64,000 nt of DNA from Eledone cirrhosa (GCA_964016885.1 OZ024761.1:10292001-10356000); one strand, 5' to 3'; shown: positions 13,510 through 27,214, numbered from the stretch's first letter. Numbers and translations are program-made. Notes: generated from the sequence alone by a model not told the origin.

Positions 13510-13700
13510 CAGTTATACAATAATGGAAATATTCAAAGGACAAAAACCAAATTAAGAAATGAAAAAAGGAGAAGGGGTAAAGAGATCTGGATGTATAGGA
13601 AAGCACTATAAATGCCATAGATGAGAGGAAAAGGAGAAGAGCAAGGTCTATTAGGCAATAGAAAGGAGAAAGGGGAGAGGGTGACTGTGCGTTGGACCCG
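13510..13700 (+). repeat. Unclassified dispersed repeat (second copy about 30472-30685)
   Basis: ttatacaat..aaaaccaaattaagaaatgaaaaaagg...ctattaggcaat...ggggagagggtgac in both places. Confidence 0.7.
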
Positions 13701-14465
13701 GCATTATTTGGGGAAAAGAACTTAAAATATTTGATTGATTTATATTAAAATCGAATAAAGCGTTTATTTCATGTTTGATCTGTGTTTATATATTCAAAAT
13801 GTTTTCCTTTCTTATAATATTTCTCAGTATATTAGGCCTTATACTTGAGTCTTTGGGGCATACAATCAAGATTTGCCTCAGAGTAGTGTTTCGATCATGC
13901 AGAAGCCGTCTCGTTGAACAACACTTAAACTTTTTTTTTTATACGAAACCGACTAAAACCATTCCTGGTTCTATGATACAAAACTGTTTATTTTAGAGAG
14001 TTCGTAGTTATCTAAAAAAAAAAAACACACTTTCATCATAATTTTATGTAAAAACCTAAGTTATGCACGAAACATCAGCTTAATAATGAGAAAGTTAGTT
14101 ATATTACTAAATCTCTCCTAATACTCGATTATTTTTCAAAATGATTTGAAAAATCATTTTATATGCCACTACTTTCCATGGGTTGTCGTGTACCAAACTT
14201 AGTATACCTGTAGATCGCCATTTCCCCCCACTCTTTTTACTAACAGCAATATTATAGATAGATTCGAAACCAAAAATATTTCAGAAAGCCAATATATTAA
14301 AGTACCCCAACACGACATAAACAACATGAACACACGTGATGTGTTCGATAGACATAGTCTATCGCGTGGTGATTTTCTTAACTGGAAAAGTAAAACAATT
14401 TCATAGAGTATATACGAATCAAAATAAAGTAATTGTTCGTCAAAGTTGTTAGATTGATAACTTAC

Positions 14466-14502
14466 CTGACAATTTAATTTTTTTCAACTTGTATTGGGGC
14501 AT
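14466..14502 (-). CDS. NOL7: NOL7-like gene, coding exon 1 (MPQYKLKKIKLS, phase 1)
   Basis: ATG at 14502 in aaaATG context; strong donor CAG|GTAAGT; 37 nt, phase matches exon 2. Confidence 0.75.
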
Positions 14503-14650
14503 TTTGCTGGAGAAAGGATCGATTAAATTAATACAACAGAAGTGAAGATATATATGAAGACAACGTGTTTCTCGGTCAACACCGGAAGATAGTAAATAAC
14601 GGGGAGGTAACTCTGATTCAACTTTTTCTTGCTGAACACCTAAAGTTGAT
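14503..14650 (-). promoter_or_regulatory. Probable 5' UTR and proximal promoter of the NOL7-like gene
   Basis: Unique sequence upstream of the ATG, with ETS-like ACCGGAAG (14581-14588) and GGGAGGTAACTC (14602-14613). Confidence 0.45.
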
Positions 14651-15034
14651 TTGATTTAGTTTGGTTGCAAGGGGATCGTCAAAATTGCTCCTGGTTCTAT
14701 GATACAAAGCTGTCCAAGCCATGCTTAATGATCTTACTGAGAGCGACGTGACAATGGCTGAAGGCCTGGAAGCGTCCATCGTAGATCCACAGCAGAATCT
14801 GTGTGGCTCCCAGATTCGGGGGTTCTAATTTCAGGGAAACACCATGCGAATACAGTCGCTGTTCAGCCGAGTACCGGTTGTTAGCGAGGGTGTACCGTTT
14901 GGCCACCAAAGGCTGGGGTTTGGATGCAGAGGCAACATGTCGGACGGTACTAGTCAAGTAGGGATCTGCTTAAGTTCATGGATAGCAATGGAAGGTGTAG
15001 ATTTGTTTATGTTAAAGCAATTGACGGCCTTAGT

Positions 15035-15840
15035 CACATACATACGTACATATGCTTACATATATACATACACACACATACATATATACATGCATACATA
15101 TATATATACACACACGTACATATATACATGCATACATATATATACACACACGCATACATATATACATGCATACATATATATATACACACATACATATATA
15201 CATACACACATACATATATATATTCACGCATACATATATACATACATATATACATACACACTCATACATATATACATATACATATATACATGCATAAATA
15301 TATATATATATACACATACATATATACATACACACTCATACATATATACATACACACTCATACATATATACATACACATATATACATCCATACATATATA
15401 CATACACATATATACATCCATACATATATATACATCCATACATATATATATACACACATATACATATATACATGCATACATATATATACGCACACACATA
15501 CACGACAAGTGCAGTTCATTAATGGAACTTTAAAGATATGTAAAATATTTAAGAAATTCAGCATCTAATAACTGAATAACTGTATATACATATGTATAGA
15601 TACAGAAACATATACAAGTGTACACATATAACTCATATCATAACACCCATTTCTGCACACACACACACACACACACACACCTATTTACCTAGTTGATGTC
15701 TAAATTCCAGCGAAAGAGTCTTGTTGCTATGTTAGAATCTCTCTCTCACACACACCATCTCTCTCTGTCCATCTCTCTCTCTCTCTCCTTCTCCATCTCT
15801 CTCTCTCTCTCTCACACACACACACCATCTCTCTCTCAAT
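15035..15840. repeat. (CA/TA)n and (CT)n microsatellites
   Basis: Directly visible. Confidence 0.9.
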
Positions 15841-15856
15841 GAAAATTTATAAAATA

Positions 15857-16065
15857 GTGGTTTCTGATTTAGGCACAAGGCCAACCATTTTAAAGGGAAG
15901 GATAGTCGATTAACTCGACTCCAGTGCGTTACTGGTACTGTATTTTGTTGACTCCGTAAGGAAGAAAGACAAAATTAAACTCGGCGGGATTTGAACGTAA
16001 AAGGATGTAACTATATAGCACAAAGCACGTCCGACACTCTACCGATACTGCCAATCGACCGCCTT
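15857..16065 (-). mobile_element. SINE family 1 copy
   Basis: Reverse complement of head and core. Confidence 0.8.
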
Positions 16066-16131
16066 TAATAAAACCAGAACAAACATACCTACCTCTCTCT
16101 TTCTATATCTATATCTATCTATCTATCTATC

Positions 16132-16177
<46 letters not shown>

Positions 16178-16251
16178 CACACACACCCACACACTACCAA
16201 AATTAGATTAAAGATGCCATGTCTGAGAATATCAGAAGCATGCGCCATACA

Positions 16252-16310
<59 letters not shown>

Positions 16311-16315
<5 letters not shown>

Positions 16316-17560
16316 GCGGACTAGGTCTAAAAATATTGGTTGCCAGGAGATGAAGGGGGCCCACCTACATATAGAATGCTAGCATTTAATTTTTATAATG
16401 AATAAATAACATTTTCAAAAAATACATAAGTGGAAATAAAACAGTGCAATCAAATTTTTGCGGGAAAATATCTCCAATAAAAAATATTATGTATTTTGCG
16501 AAATCCAGAGACTTTCAATAATGACCAGAAGTCGACCCTAAATATTACTAATAACTCTAGGAAAGCCATGAACGACACCACATGTTTTTAACTTTGATTT
16601 TGAAAGTAGGTTTATAATTATCAATTTTCACTATACTTTTGTAGCTGTCTCGGTGGCGATCCTGGTCTGAACTTCGATCTTGATCGGGAGTAGGGATTGC
16701 CGGTAAACCTTTTCAGTTTTTTTCTATTGGGTGTAAAATAAAAACTGAAAAAACAGTGACATGTACCTCTTGACCAGGATTGAACCCAAGGCCCGGATCT
16801 CCACCGTCTCTAGTACCTACTGCTAGGCCACACAGACAACTAGGAAAGAATCTTATGAAAATTCATACTTATAAACCTACTTTCAAAATTCTCAAAACAA
16901 AATCAACTATGCTTGTATCAACAAGTCTCTTCATCAAGTGAAGCTTACCAAAGCCATCACTCATACTTTAATGTCAACTGACAAGTAGGTTAACGTTTTC
17001 TAACAAAGGTTCTTTCCTCGAGATTCACCACTAGTGAGTGATTGATTGAAGGTTCCGTATTAGTGGATGGTAATATACATTGACTAACGCTGGACTAACT
17101 CATCACATGTGACACATCTCTAAGAGAATAATGACGTCAACTTTAAAACAAAAACAATATTTTATTTTATTTTTTCAGCATAGTCTTTAACTTTTATTCA
17201 AAAGCAAAAAAAAAAAAACCTTATTTAGTAAGAAAAAAAAGGGGGGAAACAAAAGAAAAGAAAGAATAGGGAAATATAGGAAAAAAAGAGAGAAAGAAAG
17301 AAGAAAAGGAACGGGAAAGGGGGGGGGGGGGGGTACAAGAGCTCTGGTGTCGCAGAAGAGAGAGGGTAATTGGGCTTTGGGCCTAGGGCAAGGGGGAAGA
17401 AGTGCTGCGCCCCGCGGACAAGATGACAAAAGCATTCCCCCGGACGATGGCCAGTGACACCCGCTGCAACAGCCACCCAACCTCATGGAGCTCCCTCTTT
17501 AGACGTACCGCCGACGCTCCGATCTTGCGAAGGATCTCGGCAGTAGGGGGTCCAAGTACA
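16311..17560. mobile_element. Possible non-autonomous DNA transposon remnant
   Basis: Begins (t)AGTGGCGGACTAG...GGGGGCCC directly after (TA)n, an end type common in invertebrate MITEs; matching right end not found. Confidence 0.3.
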
Positions 17561-17582
17561 CCTGAGTAAATTTATTATGAAA

Positions 17583-17735
17583 GTGGGCTGGCAGTATCGG
17601 TCGGTAGAACATCGGACAACATGATTCGCAGCATATAGTTACACCCTTTTACGTTCCGAGTTTAAATCCCACCGAGGTCAGCCTGGCCTTTCATCCTTAC
17701 GAGGTTGATAAAATAAAGTACCAGTTACGCACTGC
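17583..17735 (+). mobile_element. SINE family 1 copy
   Basis: Head, B-box and core present. Confidence 0.8.
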
Positions 17736-18039
17736 AAGATAAAAATTAAAACTCGTCAAAGGGTGGAAGAACTCAGAAGAGTCGACGGCCATCCAATAGT
17801 GTATAAAAAGTATCTCGTTAGGCAGAGTTTGTTAAACCTTGATTGGCTGACTCAGAGAAGGATCACCCTGACTTAAAAACTGGCGCAGATAGGGCTCCTT
17901 GGTGACAACTTTTCACATGATCAATGGCTTCCTCCTTGTAGTGATGGTAGATGAGCTATAGGTAGGTAGCCAGCTTCTGAGTAATGGTCCGACGAGGATT
18001 TGGGACCCACCCTCGTCACTTTTTTCCCGATCAGAATCA

Positions 18040-18270
18040 TAGACATACAGTATGATATAGAATAGTATTGGTGCAATTTCCCATTGTCCTCGATATGCAG
18101 TGTCATATAGATTAGTATTGGTGCTATTGTCCCCGACATACAGCATCATATAGAATAGTATTGGTGCAATTGCCCATTGTCCCCGACATACAGTGTCATA
18201 TAGATTAGTATCGGTGCTATTGTCCATGGTCCCCGACATACAGTGTCATATAGATTAGCAGTGGTGTTAT
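18040..18270. repeat. Degenerate 42-51 bp minisatellite
   Basis: ccccgacatacagtgtcatatagattagtattggtgctattgtcc, about 5 copies. Confidence 0.8.
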
Positions 18271-18279
18271 TGTGTTTGG

Positions 18280-18582
18280 CCCCAGATAGAGTGCGTAGCT
18301 CGGAGATCAGCCGCTACTTATCCGAATTGAGAGATCACAGCTCCGATAGTATGGGCATGTTGTTAGAATATCTCTGGAAAGAATCATGGGACAGATTTTA
18401 CGGGCAAAACCAACTGGCAAGATACTCAAGGGTAGACCCCGAGCAAGATGGTTGGATAACATACATGAGCTTGGCTGGTCTCACTTGGGGATCCAGCCGA
18501 ATCAGTTGGAGACGGTTGCTTCTGAGAGGACTCTGCCCCCACGACCCTCTCAGGAATAAGTGGGCGAAGAGGAAGAAATAAA
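18280..18582 (+). mobile_element. RTE LINE 3' end
   Basis: DRVRSSEIS...; homologous to the reverse complement of 45000-45175. Confidence 0.75.
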
Positions 18583-19057
18583 ACATCATATAGATGAGCA
18601 CTGGTGTTACTATCCATGGTCCCCCGACTCCAGCAATGAAGAATGGAAGAGACCAGGTACAGAGAATGTATAGGGAGAAAGAGCAAAGTAAAAGAGATGG
18701 TAAGAAAGTGAAGTGTGGAGAGAGAGAGTGAGTGTGTGAAAGACAATGAAGAGAGAAAAGAGGGATAAACGAGAGGGTAAGAAAATAGGGAGAAGGTGAA
18801 AGAAATGAAATGACTAAGAGTTATGGACAGAGAGAGAGAGAGAGAGAGAGATGGTGTAAGATGAAATGGTAGAGAGAAAGAGTCCAGCTGCGAGAGGAGG
18901 AAGGGGAGCGAAAGAGTGAGAGAGAAGAGGAAGGGAATAAAGGAGATATGATCGAGAGGGTGTGAAAAAAGAGAGAGACTGGATGAAAGAGAAAGAAAGA
19001 CCAGCCGAGAGTACAGCCATAAGAGTAATAATTTACGAAGGATATATATGTATGTAT

Positions 19058-19210
19058 AGGCCGGAGGACAACCGGGGGTAACGACAATAAGTAAGGTACT
19101 CAATACATTAGTAGAGTGTAAACAATAAATTTAATATAGAAATGGCTTCTATAGGACGATGATGATTTCCTTCGAATGAAACAGTTCTAGTCCTGTAGAA
19201 GCCATTACTA
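19058..19210. mobile_element. (TA)n-flanked element, family C (also 21291-21420, 55462-55654)
   Basis: Shared ggtaac(c)acagtaagtaaggtactcaatacat..ttaatatagaa and gaatgaaacagttctagtcctgtagaa. Confidence 0.75.
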
Positions 19211-19489
19211 TAATATAAATATATATATAGATAGAGAGAGGTGGGGAGACATAGACATCCAATTTGTGTTGACCTAATACACCACTAGTCTTGTACTTCA
19301 CTGCCCCCCGAGGGGTTAGGAGAAAAAAATGACTGCCTCAGCTGTATTTAAATCTGAACGGGACACTGGTTTCGGTCACTTGAGACTAGAAAATGTAGGA
19401 GAGAGATAAATGCAGAGGTAGTATGTCAGGGAAGAGAAAGTGTATATATGTGTGTGTGTATGTGTATATACACATAGAGAGAGAAAGAG

Positions 19490-19523
<34 letters not shown>

Positions 19524-21079
19524 AAGAAAGAGAGATGGTAAAAGTAAGAGAGAATGAATGAAGCTGTGAGTAGGAGATTGCATGTGAACAGACATAACTA
19601 CTCTAGAAGAGCGAGCCAGAGAGAGAGTGAGAAAAAGGGTAAGAATATGAGATAGAAAGAGGGGGTGTATATGGACCGATCGTTACAAGAGAGAGAGAGA
19701 GAGAGAAAGGGTAAGACTATAACATAGAAAGAGGGGGTGTATATGGACCGATCGTTACAAGAGAGAGAGAGAGAGAAAGTAACAGAAAGGGTAAAGAGGA
19801 AGAAGCCATATGTGTGGACGTGTTGTTATTTAGCCCCAAATCAGCCTTAATCGCTTTCCAGCCGTGACCAACTGTATTTTTCCTATGTTTATGGGACCTA
19901 GAACTACATTATCTAAAGTGTCGTTTTTTTTAAAGACAGCAGAGTGTGATTTGGTAGATATTTTGCTGTTATTTCTAGTAGGTCGAGTAACCACGTTCCT
20001 TGGCAGCGGAATAAGAAAGAGAAAGAGAGGAGATATGTGTCAATAGATGTATGTGACGGCGGGGGAAGACGAGAGGGAAAAAGTAAGCAAACAAAAGAGA
20101 GACGTAGATGTCTATGTATATAGCGGCGGTGGCAGTAGAAAGAGAAAGAGTATAAGGCAAGAGAGAGGTGCTGCTACTTATCGATGTGACGGCGGTGGAA
20201 GGCCGAATAGAAAGAGTACAAGGTGATAGGCGTGTGTGTCGGCGGTGGAAGGCCAAGTAAAAAGAATAATAAATATAGAAGGAGTGTCAGTGTGTGTGTA
20301 TGGTGGAAGTAGAAAGAAAAAGAGTATAAAGCTAGAGAGAGGTGTTGTTGCCAATGGATGTGACGGTGGTGGGAGACCAAAGAGAAACAGTATGAAACAA
20401 GAGAGAGGAAATAGCTATATCTATATCTACGTATGTGGCGACAGTGGGAGACTAAAGAGAAAGAGTATAAACTAATAAAGAGGAGTGTCAGTGTGTGTTT
20501 GTATATATAAATAAATATATATATATATACATACACATACATATACGTGATGGTGGCAGCGGTGGAATATTATTTTTAAAAAAACTAGTAAGAGAGACTA
20601 ATCTTTCTATATTGGTGAACAGACGTGACTAGTCCACAATACCCCTTGACCTCCACTAAAACAAACCAGAGAAATGTCGACCAGATAGGGAGAGAGATAA
20701 TATTTTAAAAGGAAAAGAGAAAAACATCTTGATGACAACATGTAACGATACCAAAATGTGTGGATAAAAAATACAAGTTGTAAACGACAAGATCTCACCC
20801 TGGTAGGTAAGTGGACAAGAAGAATTTATCAGAGATTTTTCACTTTTCAACAAATATTAACCCATTACAGGCCTCTGTCAGTTGGTAATTTTCTAGCCAG
20901 TATTCCCCTTTTTTTCTCTCATAACATTATCTGCAGAGTATTATGTCTTATGTCGGAGTAAATCAGATTAAAAAAAAACTGCTTACATGTACGTGTATCA
21001 TATATATATATATACACACACACATATGTACATATATATATATATCTATATATGTGTGATATGTATATATATATATATA

Positions 21080-21232
21080 CGTGTGATGTTGACGGATGAA
21101 AGAATGAGTACTCAATACCGAAGTAGAGTTTAACTAATTTTTTTATTATTATGGCTAAGTGATGTGTCTTGTTACTATGGAGTTTCACCTGTTTAACTAA
21201 CTCACAGGACTCATCACTTAGCCATTAAAATG
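21080..21232. mobile_element. (TA)n-flanked fold-back element, family D (also 37506-37672)
   Basis: gttgacgg..gagtactcaata.cgaagtagagttt shared with the reverse complement of 37615-37662; hairpin ggctaagtgatg...catcacttagcc. Confidence 0.75.
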
Positions 21233-21682
21233 ATTATATATATATATATATACAACACATACTCAAATATATATATATATGTGTGTGTGTTTATCCCGGG
21301 TTCAATCGGGGGTAACCACAGTAAGTAAAGTACTCGATACATAGAGTATATACAATGTTTAATATAGAAATGGCTTCTACGGGACTGGAACTGTTTCATT
21401 CGAAGAAAATCATCATGATATATATACATACATATATATATATAACAGGAAAACAAAGACAAGACAATCGTCGTTAGACATCGAAATGTAGATAGATCGA
21501 TTGTTTGTTTGAGATTTTGTGTTCGATATGTTTTTGTTTGGTTGAGTTTTAATTTAGTTGGGAATGTCCATGGATGGGTAGAGACAAGATCGGGTTTTAA
21601 TCTCTCTCACCCTCTTTTGTGTGTGTCCTGCCAACAACAGCATCATCTGAGTAAGCCAGTGTATATGCAGTATTTCATCATC

Positions 21683-21737
<55 letters not shown>

Positions 21738-21913
21738 CACACACACATATATAGATAGATAATTTTAACGTGCTATATACATATTCTCGACGTATGTAAT
21801 GTATAAATGTATGTACGTATGTATGTAGTCGTCTGTGTAGATATGTATATGCGTAAATATATATATATATATATGTCTATATATACGTATGCATATATTG
21901 ATATATATATAAA

Positions 21914-21958
<45 letters not shown>

Positions 21959-22047
21959 TTAGGCATATGTATATGTAACACGTGTGTGTGTGTGTATGTA
22001 TGTATACATACATACATACATACATACATACATACAGAGAGAAAGAT

Positions 22048-22252
22048 TTAGTTCCACAACAAATTAGCAAACCATACTCGAGTACGCACGTTTCACCGAA
22101 CGGATACTCAATATGGCTTGAAGATCTGTTCGGTGGAACGCCCGTCATCGAGTATGGTTTGCTAATTTGTTATGGAACTAACTCTATACTGAACTCGTCC
22201 TTTAGACTGAGTGCTCTACTTACTACGGAATAACCTTCCGGTTTTTTACCAG

Positions 22253-22253
<1 letters not shown>
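22048..22253. mobile_element. Microsatellite-flanked fold-back element with degenerate hammerhead motif
   Basis: Inverted arms 22048-22104 and 22125-22181; TTGAAGA-TCTGTTCGGT-GGAAC-GCCC-GTC; tail CTGAGTGCTC. Confidence 0.6.
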
Positions 22254-22303
<50 letters not shown>

Positions 22304-23322
22304 CTTATACATGGCTGTGAGGTTAATATCTCTTCACATCTCAATGATTTCAAGTTTAATCCCATCCCATTACTTTGCACTGTTGGTGTCTTCTACTATG
22401 GCCTCAGGGTGACCAATGCTTTATGGCTGAAAATTGGTTGACGGACTGTACGGTTGCCTGTCATCTATGGATATAACTTTTTTTTTTCTTTCCTTCAAGG
22501 TAAACATAACTGAGTGCATGAATAGAAGAGATTGTTGCCTAAGGAGGCGACAATATGAGTGTAAGTGGAGGGAAGCAATGATAGAGTAATAGGTGTAAGG
22601 GTAAAGAGACAGTGATAAGCTACATATTGGTTGTTGGTATGGAGATAGAATAGGAAACAGCATGAGCAATGTGATGGGATAGCAATTAATATGAATCATG
22701 CATGTGATGGTGGGAAGTAGAGATAATTGTTTCTACTTTTGGCACAAGGCCAGCAAACACCCAGTGCATTACTGGTACTTTATTTTATCGACCCCGTAAG
22801 GATGAAAGGCAAAGTCAACCTCGGCGGGATTGTAGAGATAATATTGGTGAGAAAGATAGATGACACTGAAATATCACATGGGTTGTAGTGAGAGAGAGAA
22901 AAAGAGATATTGATGGGTGATGGTAAGTATGGTAAATGCCAGTGAAGCGTCATGGCAGGGAAGGGGAGATAGTGGCTAGGAGCATCGTGTTGACAAGATA
23001 GGTAGAGTGATTTATTTTATATAGCTGTGTGTATTTATATATATTCATCATCATCATCATCATCGATTAACGTCTATCTTCTGCGCTAGCATGGGTTAGA
23101 CAGGTCCTATTTTAAAGCAAGCTCTGTTGGTGGACTGTGTCTCGCTCAAATAGGGGTGTTTCTGATTGGTTTTCTATGGTTGGATGCCCTTCCTAACGCC
23201 AACCACATTGTCAGTGTAGGCTATATATATATAGTCAACCGAATATGTGTGTATTTTCTCATTCTCCTCGTTCCTTCCTCTCATCACTCTTTCTTTCTAT
23301 TTATATTCTATTTATAACTCTA

Positions 23323-23355
23323 TCTTCTGATGAAGGACTATTTGAAACGTTAAGA
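23323..23355 (+). ncRNA. Minimal hammerhead ribozyme-like motif
   Basis: TCTT-CTGATGA-AGGACTATTT-GAAACGTT-AAGA: 4-bp stem I, intact core boxes, weak stem II. Confidence 0.55.
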
Positions 23356-23649
23356 CTCTCTTCTTGCTATTTCAAGCATTAAACTAATATATTTTTCCAT
23401 GTACTATACCGTTTGTTTTGTTATTTCTGTTTACCTTTTATTTATATATATTATCTGCCTGTGAATTGTAAATACGAAAGAATAAGCCCTCGATATTTAA
23501 ACATAGAGGTATTTTATATCACTTAAAATACATGACAACTAAACATATGTTTTCTGCTACGATTAATTGGATGCCATCATGAAACTCTGAGTAGTCACAA
23601 AAACATAGGGTGTACGGGATTGTATCTATTGATGTATATATCTTGATAT

Positions 23650-24080
23650 ATAATTGTTTCTACTTTTGACACAAGGCCAGCAATTATTCCAGTGCATTAC
23701 TAGTACTTTATTTTATCAACCCCATAAGGATGAAAGGTAAGGTTAACCATGGCGGGATTTGAACTCAGACCATTAAAGGGACATAACTATGCTGGAAAGC
23801 ATGGCATCTGAACCTCTACCGATACTGCCTATCCACTGCCATATATGTCTTGATATATAATGGTTTCTTATATAGGCACAAGGCCAGTAATTCGGAGGTA
23901 GGGGAAAGTCGATTAAATCGATCCCAGTGCGTGATTGGTACTTTATTTTATTGACCCCATAAGGATAAAAGGCAAAGTTAACCTCGTCAGGATTTGAGCT
24001 CAGATCATAAAGAGCCGTAACTCTATGCTGCAAAGCATGGCGTCCGACCCTCTACCGATACTGCCAATCCACTGCCATAT
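23650..24080 (-). mobile_element. Two tandem SINE family 1 copies
   Basis: Reverse complement of head and core twice, separated by a repeated tatatgtcttgatatataat spacer. Confidence 0.85.
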
Positions 24081-24259
24081 ATGTCTTGATATATAATGGG
24101 CCTGTATCTGTAGATGAATAAGCATTTCCCCATAGACCATAGATATCATAAAATATTTAATAGAAATAACATTAAAATTAGCTACATTTGCTGCTTCTCT
24201 ATTAAGTGTTTTTTCTCCTGTATTTATAACAAACATTCACCAATCTACATATTATTATA

Positions 24260-24682
24260 TGGGGTGGTGAATTGGCAGTATCAAGAGAGCATAATACAAT
24301 AGGATTTACAGCATGTAGTTATGGTCCGTTATGCTCTGAGTTCAAATCCCACTGAGGTTAGCTTTGCCTTTCACACGGGGTCGATAAAATAAAGTACCAG
24401 CCACGCATAGGGGCAGATCTAATCGCCCCCCCCCCCCCCCCCCGCAATTGTTGACCTTGTGCTTTAATTAGAAACTATTATTATTTTACAGAAGGTGGAT
24501 TGGCAGTATCGGCAGAGAGTCTGACGCTATGCTTTGCAGCATAGAGTTACGGCCCTTTATGATCTGCGTTCAAATCCCACTGAGGTTAACTTTGCCTTGC
24601 ATCCTTACAGGGTCGATAAAATAAAGTACCAGTAATGCACTGGGTAATTGCTCGCCTTGTACCAAAAGTAGAAAGAATTATT
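24260..24682 (+). mobile_element. Two tandem SINE family 1 copies
   Basis: Head, B-box and core twice. Confidence 0.85.
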
Positions 24683-24819
24683 ATTTTACACTGATTTATT
24701 CAAATACATATCTTCATTTTGCTTGTTATAGTCTCAACAGTTTGGTTGTTGTATCATCTGGCTGTCTTCAGGTGTTGTATTTACTAATAGTCTCTGAACA
24801 TCAAGCTGGACCTTTTATT

Positions 24820-25022
24820 CAACCCTTTAGTATTTACATTTCTCTATATTTACTTTTGTATTTTCACGGTAAACACTTTATTTCACATAATATTGAATCT
24901 ACAAGATTTTGGTATTTATTTTGAGAACAATACCTTAACATGCATAGCAGCCAGTTATGGCTGATTTGAACAGAAAGAGGTGAGAGAATTTTGGTTGGAT
25001 ACAGCCAGTTGAAAGGGTTAAA
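24820..25022. mobile_element. TTAA (piggyBac-type) MITE
   Basis: aaCCCTTTAG...AAAGGGttaa; same family as 40088-40297. Confidence 0.75.
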
Positions 25023-25309
25023 CCAGAGGAGTAGATTGTCCATGCTCAGGATAGTTGTTAGTTATTAGTCACCTGTGATGTCATTTGTTCTATGAAATGA
25101 AATCAAAGACTTAATCAAGAACTTTAGTGTATTGAAACAATTTTATGAAATTCTAGAACAGAGCTTTCAAAACTTTTCACATTAGTGACACATTTTATGA
25201 AGAAAATTTTTCGTGACACATGAAATTATGTTAGCAACACCATATTGACGTAATTTTAAAAATAAACAATTAAATATCAAGTCACATGGTGTTGGCAGAG
25301 TTGTGAGAT

Positions 25310-25768
25310 CATCATCATCATCATTTAACATCCACTTTCCACGCTAGCATGGGTTAGACAGGTTGTCCCATTTGAGGCAAGTTGGGTCAGGTGACCGTGT
25401 CCTGCTCCTACAGAACTTTTTCTGGCTAGATTTCTACAGCTGGATGCCCTTCCTAACACCAACCACATTTACAGTGTGGGCTGGGTGCTTTTTGTCGTGA
25501 CACCTACACAACCACTTTACAGTGTGGGCTGGGTGCTTTTTGTCGTGACACCTACACGACCACTTCACAGTGTGGGCTGGGTGCTTTTTGTCATGACACC
25601 TACACGACTTTTTACACTGTGAGCTGGGTGCTTTTTGTCGTGACACCTACACAACCACTTTACACTGTGTGCTGGGTGCTTTTTGTCATGACACCTACAC
25701 GACCTCTTTACAGTGTGAGCTGGGTGCTTTTTGTCATGACACCTACACAACCTCTTTACACTGTGGAC
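25310..25768 (-). mobile_element. SINE family 2 copy with about 6 copies of its 48-bp internal unit
   Basis: (CAT)n tail, gctggatgcccttcctaacaccaacc, then tandem ttacagtgtgggctgggtgctttttgtcgtgacacctacacgaccact. Confidence 0.85.
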
Positions 25769-25961
25769 TATCAAATATATACTTAACGTCTTATAGTTGT
25801 GAAATCTGAGATATATACTTTATAGCCTTATATTTTGTATGGGCAAGATATGGCAGGATATGACCAACTGAGCTGGCATTGCTCACAACAGGACAACTGG
25901 TCTAACTCATGCTAGCATGGGAAAATGGACGTTAAATGGTGATGATGATACTTTATTGTTA

Positions 25962-26270
25962 TTATAGTTGTGAGATATCAAATATATACTTTACAGCCTT
26001 ATAGTTGTGAGATATCAAATATATACTTTACAGCCTTATAGTTGTGAGATATCAAATATATACTTTACAGCCTTATAGTTGTAAGATATCAAATATATAC
26101 TTTACAGCCTTATAGTTGTGAGATATCAAATATATACTTTACAGCCTTATAGTTGTGAGATATCAAATATATACTTTACAGCCTTATAGTTGTGAGATAT
26201 CAAATATATACTTTACAGCCTTATAGTTGTGAGATATCAAATATATACTTTACAGTATTATAGTTGTGAA
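25962..26270. repeat. 37-bp minisatellite, about 8 copies
   Basis: tatagttgtgagatatcaaatatatactttacagcct. Confidence 0.95.
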
Positions 26271-26299
26271 AAATTAGATTAGATTTTATTTTAATTTCA

Positions 26300-26795
26300 C
26301 AACACACCTACAGATTATCAGTGACACAGTATAGTGTTGTGACACATCTAGAGATTATTGGTGACAGTAAAGTGTTGTGACACATCTAGAGATTATTGGT
26401 GACACAGTAAAGTGTTGTGACATACCTAGAGATTATCAGTGACACAGTAAAGTGTTGTGACATACCTACAGATTATCAGTGACACAGTAAAGTGTTGTGA
26501 CACAGCTAGAGATTATTGGTGACATACTAAGGTGTCATGACACATCTAGAGTTTATTGGTGACACACTTAAGGTGTTGTGACACACTTAGAGATTATTGG
26601 TGACACACTAAGGTGTTGTGACACAGTAAGGTGTCATGACACACCTAGAGATTATTGGTGATGCATTAAGGTATTGTGACATACCTACAGATTATCACTG
26701 ACACACTAAAATGTCATGGTGCACCTACAGATTATCGGTGACACACTAAAGTGTCATGACACGCTTACCCATTATCGGTGACATACTACAGTGTC
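26300..26795. repeat. About 40-bp degenerate minisatellite, about 12 copies
   Basis: gacacacctagagattattggtgacacagtaaagtgttgt. Confidence 0.9.
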
Positions 26796-27214
26796 AGACA
26801 GAGAGTTAAGAAACCTCTGAACTAAAAGTTTATACAGGAAATTAAGAATAAGAATAAAACCTAGAATTCCCACGCGTCTTCCCAGCTTGCTAATATAAAC
26901 ATACAAACTTGAAGTCATTTCTTTCTATATACAATATAACTTTCAACCTGATTTAAATTTGTTTATTGTTAGATTTGAATAGAAATAAATTTCTGACCAG
27001 TTTGTATATTATAATTGTTTCTACTTTTGGCACAAGGCCAACAATTACTCAGTGGTACTTTATTTTATCGACCCCATAAGGTTGAAAGGCAAAGTTAACC
27101 TCGGCAGGATTTGAACTCACAATGGCGAAGGCCAGAACTCTATGCGTCAAAGCATAGTTTATATGTTATAATAACTGCAAGAACAGAATTATTATATTAT
27201 GTAGAAAAAAAAAC

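Larger units (their letters stand above)
25159..26819. mobile_element. hAT (Charlie-like) MITE containing a nested SINE and minisatellites
   Basis: Ends CAGAGCTTTC / GAAACCTCTG; flanks TTCTAGAA and AACTAAAA resemble the NTCTAGAN target site; gtgacac motifs near both ends. Confidence 0.5.

Noticed and set aside
14697-15030. Divergent plus-strand gene sharing the NOL7-like promoter
   Set aside because: The short ORF runs into microsatellite; no recognisable domain or convincing downstream exons.
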